This document shows positions 47,720-60,100 of a DNA stretch of 64,000 bases, piece by piece; positions within the stretch are counted from its first letter, which is position 1; the number at the start of each line of letters is the position of its first letter. Position numbers and translations under genes: made by a program. A model generated the notes under the pieces. The model ran no database searches. It saw only the letters and a list, made by a program, of their open reading frames with translations, and was not told the DNA's origin. Origin of the DNA: Tubiluchus corallicola (lineage: Eukaryota > Animalia > Priapulida); contig JAQGDQ010000119.1 of the NCBI GenBank assembly GCA_030141605.1, positions 429,005 through 493,004 on the forward strand, read 5' to 3'.

Positions 47720-50700
47720 TAGGGTGGCTGACGCGCGCCGCCATATTGTGGGAGATGAAGGTGGAACATCATTTTCTAGCATATTTCGGTTATCAGTATT
47801 CAAAAAATATGAAAGTAAGTTAAAAATCAAATTAATACAGTTAAACTACTGTTGTCGGTCTTTTATCTACCGAAATTTAATTTTCCGTACTGTCCTAAGT
47901 TTTGAGCAGGAAACTTGTGAAGTTGTCAAAAACGGCTTTACTGCAATCGATCCGTCAGCGTGACATCAAAAATGGCCCCGATTTGAAAATTTCGATGGGT
48001 ATTTTCAAATCAATTTGCGGCCCGGACTAACAGCTTCATTTTCGATATTATCAGCCTTACCTGGGTAAAAAAGGTCGGCAAATTTTTCTGAAAACCGAGC
48101 CACAATTAAATTACAACATTTTGGCCGTCAAAATAGCGTTTCTTTTTTTCGCGCTGCGGTATTAGGCCTTCAAAGAGTGGAAATCTTATTGGCTCGCATA
48201 TAAAAATATTCTTAAATGTGTTATCTTAATTCTAAAACACGTTATGATTGGATTAAATGAGTTAGTCCGGGCCGCATTTGTCCATTTAGAGAACCCGGTT
48301 TGTAATGAAAACTCCTCCTTTGCCTCCTCGCTGATTGGACAATTCGGGTGATGTCATGTACAGCTTGAGCTGTGACAAGGCGCTGTGCGATTGGTTGCTG
48401 GAAGTAAATATATTGTAGATGGGCGCAGCGCCTGAAAGACGTATTGTGAAAGCCAATATCAAAAGGTGGAACTTATCTAACCGCAAGAGTATACTTCTGG
48501 GTAAGTTATTGAACTTTTGTTGTTTACTACTGTACCGTGTATTCGTCGTGTCTACTACTGTACCTGTATTCGCTTTGTGTCTTGTGCCTGTATGCTTGCT
48601 TATACTTGTACTTGCGCTCTTATATGGTATTTGTTAAAGTTCTACTACAGTTTTTTTATTGTTTAACTATTTCTTGACATTTTAATGTGCTTGCAGCCAG
48701 TTGTATGAAGTCATTTTTAAAGATGAAACCTAAAAGTTTATACTGATTAATTAATTTCACCTCAAAAGTACTTTATCGCTATAACATTGGTTCAAATGCT
48801 TTTTAAATTTAAGGATACTTTGTGTGGGCCTAGCTAATGCAGGTAAAGTTTTGCTTATTACTCGAGCTGAAATTACTTCTGAAAGCATTAGCTGTAACTT
48901 CTAAAACAACTGCTTTGTCTAAAACAATTTTAAATACACATTTTAGTTTTTCATGTTATTTTTTGTTTTAATCACAAGACCTTTGCTACTACATTGAATT
49001 CTATTGTTTGCACATTGCCTACCAGTACAAAATTATTATGCCTTAAAGTCAATTGCTAATAAATTCATTAGATGCTCTAAAATGTACTGTGTATATCCAA
49101 CCAGAATCACCTCACACTCCCAAAATTATTATGTGCAACCAATATTTTATCCGTTTTTGTCCTATGTTAGTCACATTATAATGAAAGCAGGTTAAAGTAT
49201 TTATTTGCCAAGAATTTAATTACTTCATTAACTATTTTGACTGACTAAACTTTAGTTTTGGCTAAAGGTTTTCCAGTCAACAAAACTAAGATAAACAAAA
49301 CTATTAATTTTAATATTTATTATGATGTTAAAGAATAATTATGAGAAACTTAAATATTGAAAACTTGTTTTTCTAGGCTTTTGCAAATCTTACCTAACCT
49401 AGTGGAACCCTGCAGACCAGTAAAGTTATTATAGTGTCATCTTCATTTTGCGTTATACAACTGCTAAAAGATCAACATTTGAATTTGGAGTTCAAGATCA
49501 GATAATTAATAAACCCGCTGACATTTTTGACATCTAACGTACTATTTTAAAAATCAAAGGTTTGAGACATGTAAACTTTTGTAAATTAGCCTGTAAATGC
49601 TTGTTGTTAAAAGTAAGCTTAAATCATTAGCATCTCTTGTGCAGAAAATTCAAATTTTAGTAAAATACTTTTATACTTTACTATGATAAATTTATAGTCA
49701 TATATTTTACCAACCCAATATTTAAACCACTATTCATTTTAACTAAGTCTTCGTTTCTTCAATCTTATCTGTCCTAAAAACTCAGCAATCAACCATGAAG
49801 ACATACTCAGCAGGAGTGGGTGCATCTTAGACTTCTTGTAGTTAGATGTTGTACTTGTATCCAAAAAACCCATATCAGGTTTACTTGCAATAATTTTACT
49901 TTTCGTCTTCCATTTTTACCCAAGTTTGATAACTAGGCGTAGTCTATCATTAATTCATTAAAACCTTCATATTAAGAAAGTAGTACAAAAATTGTATAAT
50001 GTACTATAAAAAGAAATCAGATATGAATATTTTGTGTAGTTAACATCATTATTTATAATAAATTTAGTTTGCATTATTACAAATTAAGTTTTAGTTATTT
50101 TTTAACTTTTGTCATTTTTGACTTTACCTAGCAGTAAAATAAAAAAACAAAAAAAATTGAAAAATGAACTTGACTAATAGCAGAGCAAAAAAAGTCTAAA
50201 AAAAGTAGTGAGCAAATAGAAGAAAAATAAATTGCTAATAGATCTGCTGCAAAACCCTAGTGTACGATTTGTATGGGACATAATATACAATGAACATATT
50301 CTAGGCAAGTTAAAATCTAGTACACATTTGAAATTGAGAAACAGGAATTGTAAGCTCTACATATATTGCAAGTTACAGCACACAGTCATATTGCAATAAC
50401 TGTATTTGGCAATTTTGTATCCCAGATAATGTTACAAGACATTTCATTGCAGGCAGTTAATCCTACCGAGCTAGACACTGAGCTAACAGTACATTTAACT
50501 ACATCCAAAAAATACATGCACTGTCGATTAGATGTACCTGGAAATTGCAAACTTGTCATGCAGCTTTCGCACTAGAAAAATTTCATTATACGTACATAAC
50601 AAAAACTAAAAACATCAATTAGATATGCCCGAAAAAAGGAAAAAAATACATGCACTGTCGATTAGATGTACCTGGAAATTGCAAACTTGTCATGCAGCTT

Positions 50701-52018
50701 TCGCACTAGAAAAATTTCATTATACGTACATAACAAAAATTAAAAACATCAATTAGATATGCCCGAAAAAAGGAAAAAAATACATTAAAACAGGTGTGAT
50801 CAAGGGGCGCATTACATGCACCTGGAGAAATTGCAGACCTATTATGTATCCAGCTTTTCCATGCTGTATCATTTCTTAAGAAACGTATCTGGGTATCTGA
50901 GAAAAGGTAACAATTGGCATTTAAAATTATAAAATAAAACAGTTATCGATTAGTTGTGTCAGGTGAAACTAATTAAGAATTTCCAGCAATAGGTTTTGTG
51001 GAGCCCTTGATAACCGTTCTTGGGTACTAAAACGCACATCATTAATTATGATTTGGTTAACATTTATATTATACCATGAAGTAACAAAAATGATAAAAAT
51101 ATCAATTAGATGTGCCTGGAAGTAGGTCATCAATGCATTAAAACAGGTGTAATCAAGGTAGTACATGCCCTATGATAAAAGATTACAGATTTAAGGTATT
51201 ATTTTTGAAAAAAACAACTTTAAAATGCTCTTGGATTAGTTCTACAAAGAATTAATTAATGCGTTGCCATGACAACGGAGTTTCTTCATCCTAGATTTTT
51301 ACCTGTACAAGAGGAAAACATGGATTTGGCACTAAACACAGAAAAATCACTTCAATGGCTGTGTGTAACCAACTAAATCCCACTTTCTAAAACGCATAGT
51401 TTTCATATCGTAAATTTCGTAATACTCACGAAAATGCTGTTTTCCCGGTTTTTCCTGTAAAAATTTTCCCTAGCATAAATCTGAAGATGCAAAGTGTTTA
51501 TGAATATCTGTTCTATGTACACTGAGCTACCAAAAGCCATATTAACAATTAACTACCAGCTGAATTGGCATCTTTTATAACAGTCCAAAGTTGACAAGTT
51601 AGCACACTTTCGTAAAAGGTCCATTTTCACACCTGTTAAGGTAAAACATCATTTGGATGAATTTTGGATGCTGGAAAAATGAATACTATGTTGCCATAGG
51701 ACTTGATATGATTATTTCTCGTGCAATGCACTCCATTTAACAACACTAACATACTGAAACCTGCATTTGGAATTTTTAGTTATAAATAATAGAATGCTAA
51801 AAGTACAATTTTTAACTTTTTGCTCAAACCGGACTTAGCCATTTTTTGTTACTCCTAAAACGCGAGCGTTTTTTTGAACTTTAACTGACCGCCATTTCAA
51901 GACAAACTAATTATTTTAAATCTGGTTTTTTTTAATTAACTATATGCTCATAGCACTGTCAAATGAGCACAGTTGCGACTATGGTGGCGCGCTCTACAAT
52001 TTTCGTTCAGCCACCCTA
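47720..52018. mobile_element. 4.3-kb non-autonomous hAT-like DNA transposon with 7-bp TSD
   Basis: ctacaaa|TAGGGTGGCTGA ... TCAGCCACCCTA|ctacaaa; the flanks rejoin into one CR1 3' end. A second copy of its right end lies at 47447-47544. Confidence 0.75.
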
Positions 52019-52290
52019 CTACAAAATTGAGAGCGCAACTAAACTGCAGACAATATTTTTTTCACAGAAAGTGGTTAGAGAATGAAATTTATTGTCCGAC
52101 AATGTTAAAGACTCTTCAGTGAATAAGTTCAAGAACAAAATGGACATATATAGCCCGATATGAAATACGTGACGTAGCGTGGCACCTTCAAGAGTGGTGG
52201 AATGGTGTAGTTCGTTACGTACGTAAACAATATTTACGACCATTGACGGGCTAATAGTTCCAGAGCACGTTATCTTTTTATTTTCTAAAA
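52019..52290 (+). mobile_element. CR1 LINE 3' end (continuation of 47680-47719)
   Basis: RTRGHS..KIYK|LRAQLNCRQYFFSQKVVRE*NLLSDNV...SVNKFKNKMD matches the CR1 RT C-terminus. Confidence 0.75.
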
Positions 52291-54739
52291 ATGTGCTAAA
52301 TTAATAACTATTTATTCAGGCTTGTACTTGCACGAAGTATAGTAGGCTAACTAGTACAGCCTACATCAATACATGTTAGATCTCTATAAACATACAGCAC
52401 GCTCATGAAAGAAGCACTATATTCGCCTGATCTAGCAAGCAAAAAATACCCCTATGATCACAGAAAGTAAAGCTTCAGCAACAGCCTGTAGATATACAAA
52501 AAGAAATCGAATAAAAGTTACATGTATTTCACAAAAATGGCGTTCAATAGTCATTCTAAGATTAGATATACATAAATAGTTCGTCGGCAAACTCTCGACC
52601 TCAATATTGCTAATCCGCAATGGTTCACAGGTCACTGTTGATCAGCAGCAATTTTCTTATTAGAATTACACGAATAATACATTGCTGTAAAAGTTACCAA
52701 TCAAACATTCAGTAATGGAATATATATCTAGTGTTACTTCTATGTACCACGATAATTTTCCAAATTAAATTATAATCAGTGACGGCGCAATAATTTCATT
52801 GACTCCGCCTCCGGGTTTAGCGAAGGCAAACGTTAGATCGAATGCGTGTTTACTTGGCGGTTTCTTAACCAACACCAGGTATCCAAAAGGAAATTAGTGA
52901 CAATTCGCCGCTTCTAGTACAAAAGCTGCTAGTCACGTTAACTAAGTGCAACCTTTTTTATGCTTGATGAGCTTGCATATTCCGGCTTGAAATAAACAAT
53001 TCTCTACTAAGAAATTCTACATTACTTTTCGTAATAATAAATAAAATTATAATATTAATAATCAGGCCGCTTAGGTTCAAAAGATTCACCACTTTTTTAA
53101 ACTCGTAACTTGAAAATTCTGCTAGAAAATAAACAAAAGCCTTGACAACATCTTTTTCAGCAAAAAAACACAGCGTTCCTGATCTAGCAAAACCCTGAGT
53201 TCGACCTCCTATTTTGCTCTTTTGTCTCTCCAGTGACCAGTCTCCCTGGCACAAAAAAGAAAAGGCGGAGCAAACCCGAGCAAAGTGGCTAAAAGTAATT
53301 TTAGGTAGCCAATTAAGATCGCCGCTGGTGCAAGTTCCATGCCACGTGGTGGCCAATTTGCCAAAATCTCCAGGTCCGAGAAAGACTATTCCTGCTTATA
53401 TCATGAAGTCCACCAAACACATTAAAAGTTCAGAACAAAATAAGCCACAGGTCATGTTGTAATAAAAACAGACTTTATTTACATTTTTTACAAAGCCATT
53501 GCCAAATTCTATGGTATTGATAACTACAGTTGACCTGTAATATCAAGCTACAATAAGTACAACTGCAGAAGCAAGAATTACATATGAATGAACCAACATT
53601 AGACTGTGTTCAAAAATTTTGTCTTAACATCATTACAGTAATAACTTCAATATCAGAAGGATTGGTGAGCTATTAAGATTGTATCAACCTGTTTTGACCA
53701 CAAGTAAATGAGTGGGGTATAATCTCTCTAGTCGTCCAAGTTTAGAAATCATTAACTGGTGACATGGTCCCTGGCTCAAATCAACGTAAAGTCTGGATTT
53801 TTTCATACTTCTCTTTGTTCTTCGAATTTTAAGTTTACTTCTTCATTACAGTATAAAGCTATACTGTCTTTGCTTCTATTTGCCATTTCTTTCAGCTATA
53901 TAATTATAATAATAATTTTTTATTCATATCACCACCAACACATTACATCATTACAAAACAGGCAAAGAATTACAAAACTGATTTATAATTCAGCACATTT
54001 GCAAAATTAAATCCAGCACTGAACAGCAGGGCCTACTTTGTCAGAATCTATTTTGATCACTAATGACATTGCAGTGGGCTGAGATCCCGAAATGTTACCT
54101 GCTCAAAATATGATCCCTGGTTTTATCTAGGTAATATCCTTTAACGCGAGACAGTAAGCTGGAAAGTGTTTTTAAGCCACATTCAGATAAACCCTTTGAG
54201 TTGACAAAAATGAGATTGTACCAGGCGATCGCTTATCTGTGTACCCACCAGTCTCAGTTTGTTTGTTAAAAAAACACCATGATCACTCAACTATTCTGTT
54301 ACATAAATAAGTCACTATATTCTCAGCTTTGTAAATGCAGTTAATATTCGAATTTATAAGTGTACTGAATTCCTCTTTTTACTCAACAATTGGGAAATCC
54401 CGAAAAAAAGCTAGAAATAAAAAATAATGAAAAGCAGATGTCAATGCAGTATGTAAGGACGGTGAGTCGTTTACTCCATGTAGGGCCCGGGAACCATGAG
54501 AGGTACAAATTTAACTCGATATGTATACAATGGTCGCAGCAGCAACAATGGCTTTCTCTACTAACAACCAGTCCATCATTTGTCCAAACACAGATAAATA
54601 TATAACAACTGGGTTTCATAACTGAATGATCTTGGGCATATGCTTTGCGCAAATGGCTTGTGGGTTCAACTTTCCTCTGGGCAGTTTTATTTGCCATACT
54701 GATCTTGCCATCTGCCTCGCAGAGAAAAGTTAATGCATA

Positions 54740-55265
54740 TTGGTTGGCATCCCTCTATCTCGGAAGACAATGGAGTGTGCGCCAATAGAGTCAGTTATTG
54801 ATCACATTGATGGAGCTGCAGCGTCGACTGTGGCTGAGCAGTGCGATCCTTGAACAACTCCAGGGCGCACGCCTGGGCAAGGTGTAATGAGATCCTGAGT
54901 TGCCCAGACGACAGGAACCCCTCTCTTCCTCGCTGGTGTAGTCCAAAGGAAAGCGCAGCGATACGTTTGGCACCAGGTTGGCTGCAGGAGCTGCCGGAGT
55001 CAGTGAGCATGCTGCACTGGTCCGTCTTCGGGGCTCCACTCCTGATTTGGAAGGTTTACTCCTCTACACATGGCCGTTGGGTCACTTGAACTCCCCTGCC
55101 CTCTAGCCGTTGGCTGCTTGTGCAGCTCCTCCGCCTAGTGTCGAGATATAGTGTGGCCATCCCGCAAGCTGGTATTCCTAGGCGGTCATCCATCCAAGTA
55201 CTAACCAGGCTCTACGTTGCTTAACTTCGGTGATCAGACGGTTTTCAACGTGATTTGGCCGTAGT
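54740..55265 (-). mobile_element. 5S rRNA-derived SINE (SINE3-type), full length with TSD
   Basis: 5S head at 55265-55169 plus a ~430-bp GC-rich body, flanked by the direct repeat taatgcata (54731-54739 and 55266-55274). Confidence 0.85.
55169..55265 (-). pseudogene. 5S rRNA-derived sequence (SINE head), internally deleted and 3'-truncated
   Basis: actacggccaaatcacgttgaaaac[del]cgtctgatcaccgaagttaagcaacgtagagcctggttagtacttggatggatgaccgcctaggaataccag. Pol III A box and C box are retained, ~10 nt are missing and there is no T-run terminator. Confidence 0.85.
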
Positions 55266-55945
55266 TAATGCATAAGACCATGGCTTAGATGTCTCTGCTG
55301 GTTCAGTAACTCATCTTCTTGGTGAACCAGTCTCCAGGTCGCAATTCAAACATCGTAATGAATGGGAAGGTCGGACGCAGAGTGCTGGATTAGGCTTCCA
55401 GTGTGCAAAAGTATATAAGATAACATAATACACCCACTGCAAGAAGATATTCCATGAATTCCTTGACTGCAAGTGAATATAGAGAAAAAACTGCTGCTCA
55501 CTACATGTAGATCAAGAAGAAGTGAAACAAGTAAAATTTTAAATGTAGTACAAAAGTAAAATTAACCCCGTGCATATTTTTCTAAGTTAATGAATTGTAT
55601 TCAATTCATTACCATCTCTTTACAGCAGCATGTTGGCTTTTGTTTGATGAAGGGTTTTCAGTCTACAAAACCTTACAACACTGGATAATGGTAATATTAA
55701 GCTGTGTCTAACACATTGGTAAGTAGCTAATAAAAGGCAGCAGTGACACTTTCACACACATAAGTGAAGCAAGTTAATACTGGTATTAGTTGCTTACACA
55801 AGTTTTCCCTTCTTTATTTTAGGTCTGCTATGATGGGGGGGGGGGGTCAATTGGCAATGCAATACTGTTGTAGTAAAAGTAATTCTACCAGCTTTATGAG
55901 TTTAGATACACATGTAGTTGCCCGCCCAATAAAATAACAGCGGGT

Positions 55946-56458
55946 AGTGGCGGGCAATTTTGAAATTTTGTAATTTGATTATAATCTTGTTCTCATACTT
56001 CGATATCACTATTAATCTTTTGCGACGATTTTTAGTGTTTTAGCCATATTTTCCAATGGTTGCAGTGAAATGTAGCATATAACGTCTTCACAGCTTTCGT
56101 CAATGCTCACTATTTTCATACTTGCAGACTATTTTAGTACTTGTAGACTAAACACGCACATTCGTTAACTAGTCGACGTCACTATACACGCCAAGTGTTA
56201 AGGAATTTGAAGCCTCCAGTTTGCAACACTATTGTTCCCAATTGTGCGCATTACGTAAGGCAAGAAAATGAAGAAAAAACACAAAGGCCCCATTTACTTG
56301 TGTTAAAATACTGCGTTTTAGTCAGTGTGTCACATAATACCTTGCTCTCGATTAATCTCGATTAATTGAAGTACTGTTCAATTATCAATTATACCAATTT
56401 ATGCGTACATGACTGTAATCTCAATTAGTTAGATTAATTTATGAATTGCCCATCACTA
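55946..56458. mobile_element. MITE (tagtggcgggcaatt...aattgcccatcacta)
   Basis: Terminal inverted repeat; its 5' part is homologous to 24655-24780. Confidence 0.6.
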
Positions 56459-57116
56459 ACACAGGACATTGTTTTTTGTATTGTAATGTACCTAATACTG
56501 TATCACAAAAAAGGTCCCTTGGCAAACAAGACATTGAAGTTCAATTTTCAAAAATTTAGCTGGCATTCTTTTCTGATTCACAGTATCCAATTGTTAACAT
56601 CACAAACTTTCCGAAGAAAAAGTCAAGAAATAAATAAAGACATTACAATCTTCAGCAAGTCAGGCAGCAATTGTTATAATTTAAATTCAGAGATTTAAGA
56701 GAATTTTTCCAAATTAAAAAGTCCTAATATTTACTGAAAATAAAACATAGAAAAGATGGGCTATGGCGGCTATGCGAACAACTGAACTGTAATACACACT
56801 TTCATTTTGCGCCATTTTCATTGTTGACATTTTAGTTGCAACTAGTAACACTGTTCATATGTAGTGAAACTAGTTTTACTAAAGTTATCACCAACTTAAC
56901 ATGCTTGATGTAAGTAAGATGAAAAACAAAACAATCCGATGAATAACCTTCACTAACATGAATGTAATTATTTGGAACAATGTAATACAGTTACTAAGAT
57001 GGGTTCTGACTAAAGCTAACAGCATCAATCAATTGCCAAACAGCAAAACATTGATACCTAATGCCTCGTATTTACACAAATACTATCTAAATTCAAAACA
57101 GCTACGATAACCACTA

Positions 57117-60100
57117 CTATTGGCTTGACTCAGGTAAGTCAATAATTAGACTGTCTTCTTCGGGGTTTGTTGGCGACAGACCAACTTCAGCGGTTTCCCT
57201 ACAAAACAGAAATGTAATAAGATATGATTTAAATTTTACTTAGAAATACATATACAAATAGAAATACATTTATACAACCACAAGAATTATTCTTGTTCAA
57301 TTGCACAAACTAACAAGTCCATGAAACAAAAAGAAAAACATCTAAATGTTAGAAAAGTGTGTGCCTGCTCAAATGTGCTCTTTTACGTGGACCAATTATC
57401 TGCTGCATTTTCTTAACCCTTTTGAAATCAACATCCTTTGTGAACAGCACTCTTGTCTTTAAACTTGTAGTCTATTATGTATAGTTTAAACTTTGTGGTA
57501 TTAAGTTAGTTACTGATTTTACAAACAAAAATTGTCAATGCTAAAAAATACTTCAAGTCCTCGTAACAGCATATAACAAGTGTAAATTTTTTTAGCAGAT
57601 TTCCAGAACCGTTGGTATGCTGAACCTATGTCTTAACGCAAGTCTCCAGTCTTTGTCCCTACAGCATATTTCACTCGGTAAAGTTAAAATTCAATAAGTC
57701 TCAAGTTGAGAGACAGTCATGCTGGCACCTGGGTCAATCAGTACAGAAGACTATTTTGCACTTTGCAGTGAAATTACGCAATGCATTTGAAACAGACACA
57801 TAGTTTTTCAAAGCTGTTGATGTCCACGAAACTATCTTGGTGAGTGTCTGATTCTCACTGTCAAACAAAACAGACCTCAATACTAGACATAAATGTATGT
57901 AATGTAAGTAATGTTTCAGCGACTCAAATTTACGAAGTATTAATCTGGGGTGCGTTGACTCAATTTTTGTATAAACATCTCTAATAGGTCCTTTTTTATT
58001 TCGACAGCTAGGTCGTAAATTGCATAAAAAATGCATGAAAACACACACAATTACAAGTACATTTACAATGATACCGAAGACCTACAGTAAGTAGTACAGT
58101 AAGAATTATGAAAGCAATTCATTCAATAAACATGTGTCCCCATTTTAACTTTTCAGTCAGCTCTCAATTACTATAGGTAATCGGATGTCTAGTACACAGT
58201 TCATTTCAAAATTGTTTAAATACTTTAGATCAAAAATAGATCTGAGTTCAAAATACGTTTCATATAGAAGTTTTGTGAATTTTGTAGCCTAAGAAATGGA
58301 GTAAGCTGAGCATCTAACTATGTCATCAAAGTAAGAGATGTCAAATCTAAACATGTATGTAGCACTGCAATCATACTAAAGTGAGAATCATTTTCTGATA
58401 CATTTATTATAAATAATTTCAATGTTCCTGTAATTATAGAGTAGTAGTGTAGAGTATGTAATTGTAAAAAGTAGTAAAAGTAGTAATCCCTGTAACTGTA
58501 AAAAGTAGTAAACGATTATGTAGTGTAAAGTGTTTTTTTCCTAATAGCTTCATGAATCATTTTATAATAGAATAAGTTTTTCTATATTTTTATTTTACTT
58601 TATTTTTATTTTTATTATTTTCTATTTATTTTTTTCATCAAAATTTTAATTTTACTAAACTTTTTTTTGTGAAATATTGCATTATTTAGCAGTTTTAAAT
58701 ATTATTTTATTATTACTTATATGTATTTTTTCTGTACAGCATTCAAGCATGTATCTATATAGCTTTTACATTATACAAAAAAATAAAGTTAAACTTATAG
58801 AAATAGACCTTTCTCTATATAGACATTCGAAAAATAGAAGTGCAAAGGTTTTAAAAAGTAAAATTTTAATTTGTCTAGAACATTTTCCAAAATTCAAATA
58901 ATCATATTTGTTCTAGAAATGCTAATTATAAACTTACTCCATCCCACTAAACATTTCCTGTGGCACAGTTAATGGCGCCTTCTCTGGAACAAGATCAGGA
59001 ATGGTCTTCCTCGACTGAAAGTGACTTTCAATTTCTTCTGTGCTCAAATGAGGTTGAAGAGGCGGAGCTGACTGTGGAGGAGACTTGATCACAGGAGATG
59101 GCTTCTTGTTGTTGGAATTTACTTGCCCTGCGGAGTAAAATAAATTTGTATTCATGTCACTTGTTACAATAATTTGTGGTGTATGATAAAAATGCACTGA
59201 ACTCGTCACAGCCTATAACAGCAGAATATTTGTGTGAAGCCTACTGCCCGGCACTGGGTTTGAAAATCTAGCCATGTTTCTCTTCATGCAAATGAATTAC
59301 ACATAATTTTGCTACAAATTACTTAATAAAGCATAAATTGACATACTATGCAGCAGAAATGGCAAGACTGGTCAGTCAATAGATAGGTGAACTGCTTTGA
59401 TCTTGCTCAGCGAGGTTTCATTTGCAATTCTGATTCTGTTATTTGCCTCGAAAGAGGATGGTGGTATTCACAGTGTGACAGACACTTTCAGTGACTCATC
59501 TTAGAAGTGCAGTTTTGACAAGAGTAATGTACTGATTTTGTCGCAAGCATGCAAACTGTCTATACTTTGCTGCTGAATGTTGGATTTTATCTCGCACTGT
59601 AGGTGTAATTAGTCTGTGTGGAAAAACAGATACCACACAGTCAAATTTTAAAGTGCACTTTTTGTGTCTTTTTTCTGGTATTTAATTTGTCTGTTTCCAA
59701 AATAGTCTGGGTTGCGCTCTGCAGCTCCGGTCTTGAACACATGAAACAAAGGATTGTGCAATCTGGCAGCCGACTCTCTACGTGCAGTTAATGCTCACAA
59801 AGGCAAACTCAGTATGACTTTTGCCAGGAAGGCAATGACACTTGCTTGACACTGGATAGGGATGACAAATGAAATACAACTCAACTGTACCCCTTGTTGC
59901 AGGAAATCAGCAAAATAGCAAGAGTTCAATGGCAAGATGCTGATTGAATAGCAAAACATTGTTCCTGTCATTTGAATTTCTATGAAAATCAACTTCATAT
60001 TGCAATGAAAAAATTCTATGAAATTAATCTGTGTGGAAAACTAGTCCCACACAGGCTAATTTGGTATTTGGTACTTCATGTATTCAGCTGCACACTGAAA

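Noticed and set aside
52958-53462. 132-aa and 82-aa ORFs
   Set aside because: No recognisable motif, non-ATG starts, and no supporting exon structure.
54791-55089. Three GC-rich ORFs
   Set aside because: They lie within the SINE body and show no recognisable protein.
55169-55265. Functional 5S rRNA gene
   Set aside because: Internal deletion, truncated 3' stem, no oligo-T terminator, fused to a body and flanked by a TSD, so it is a SINE head.
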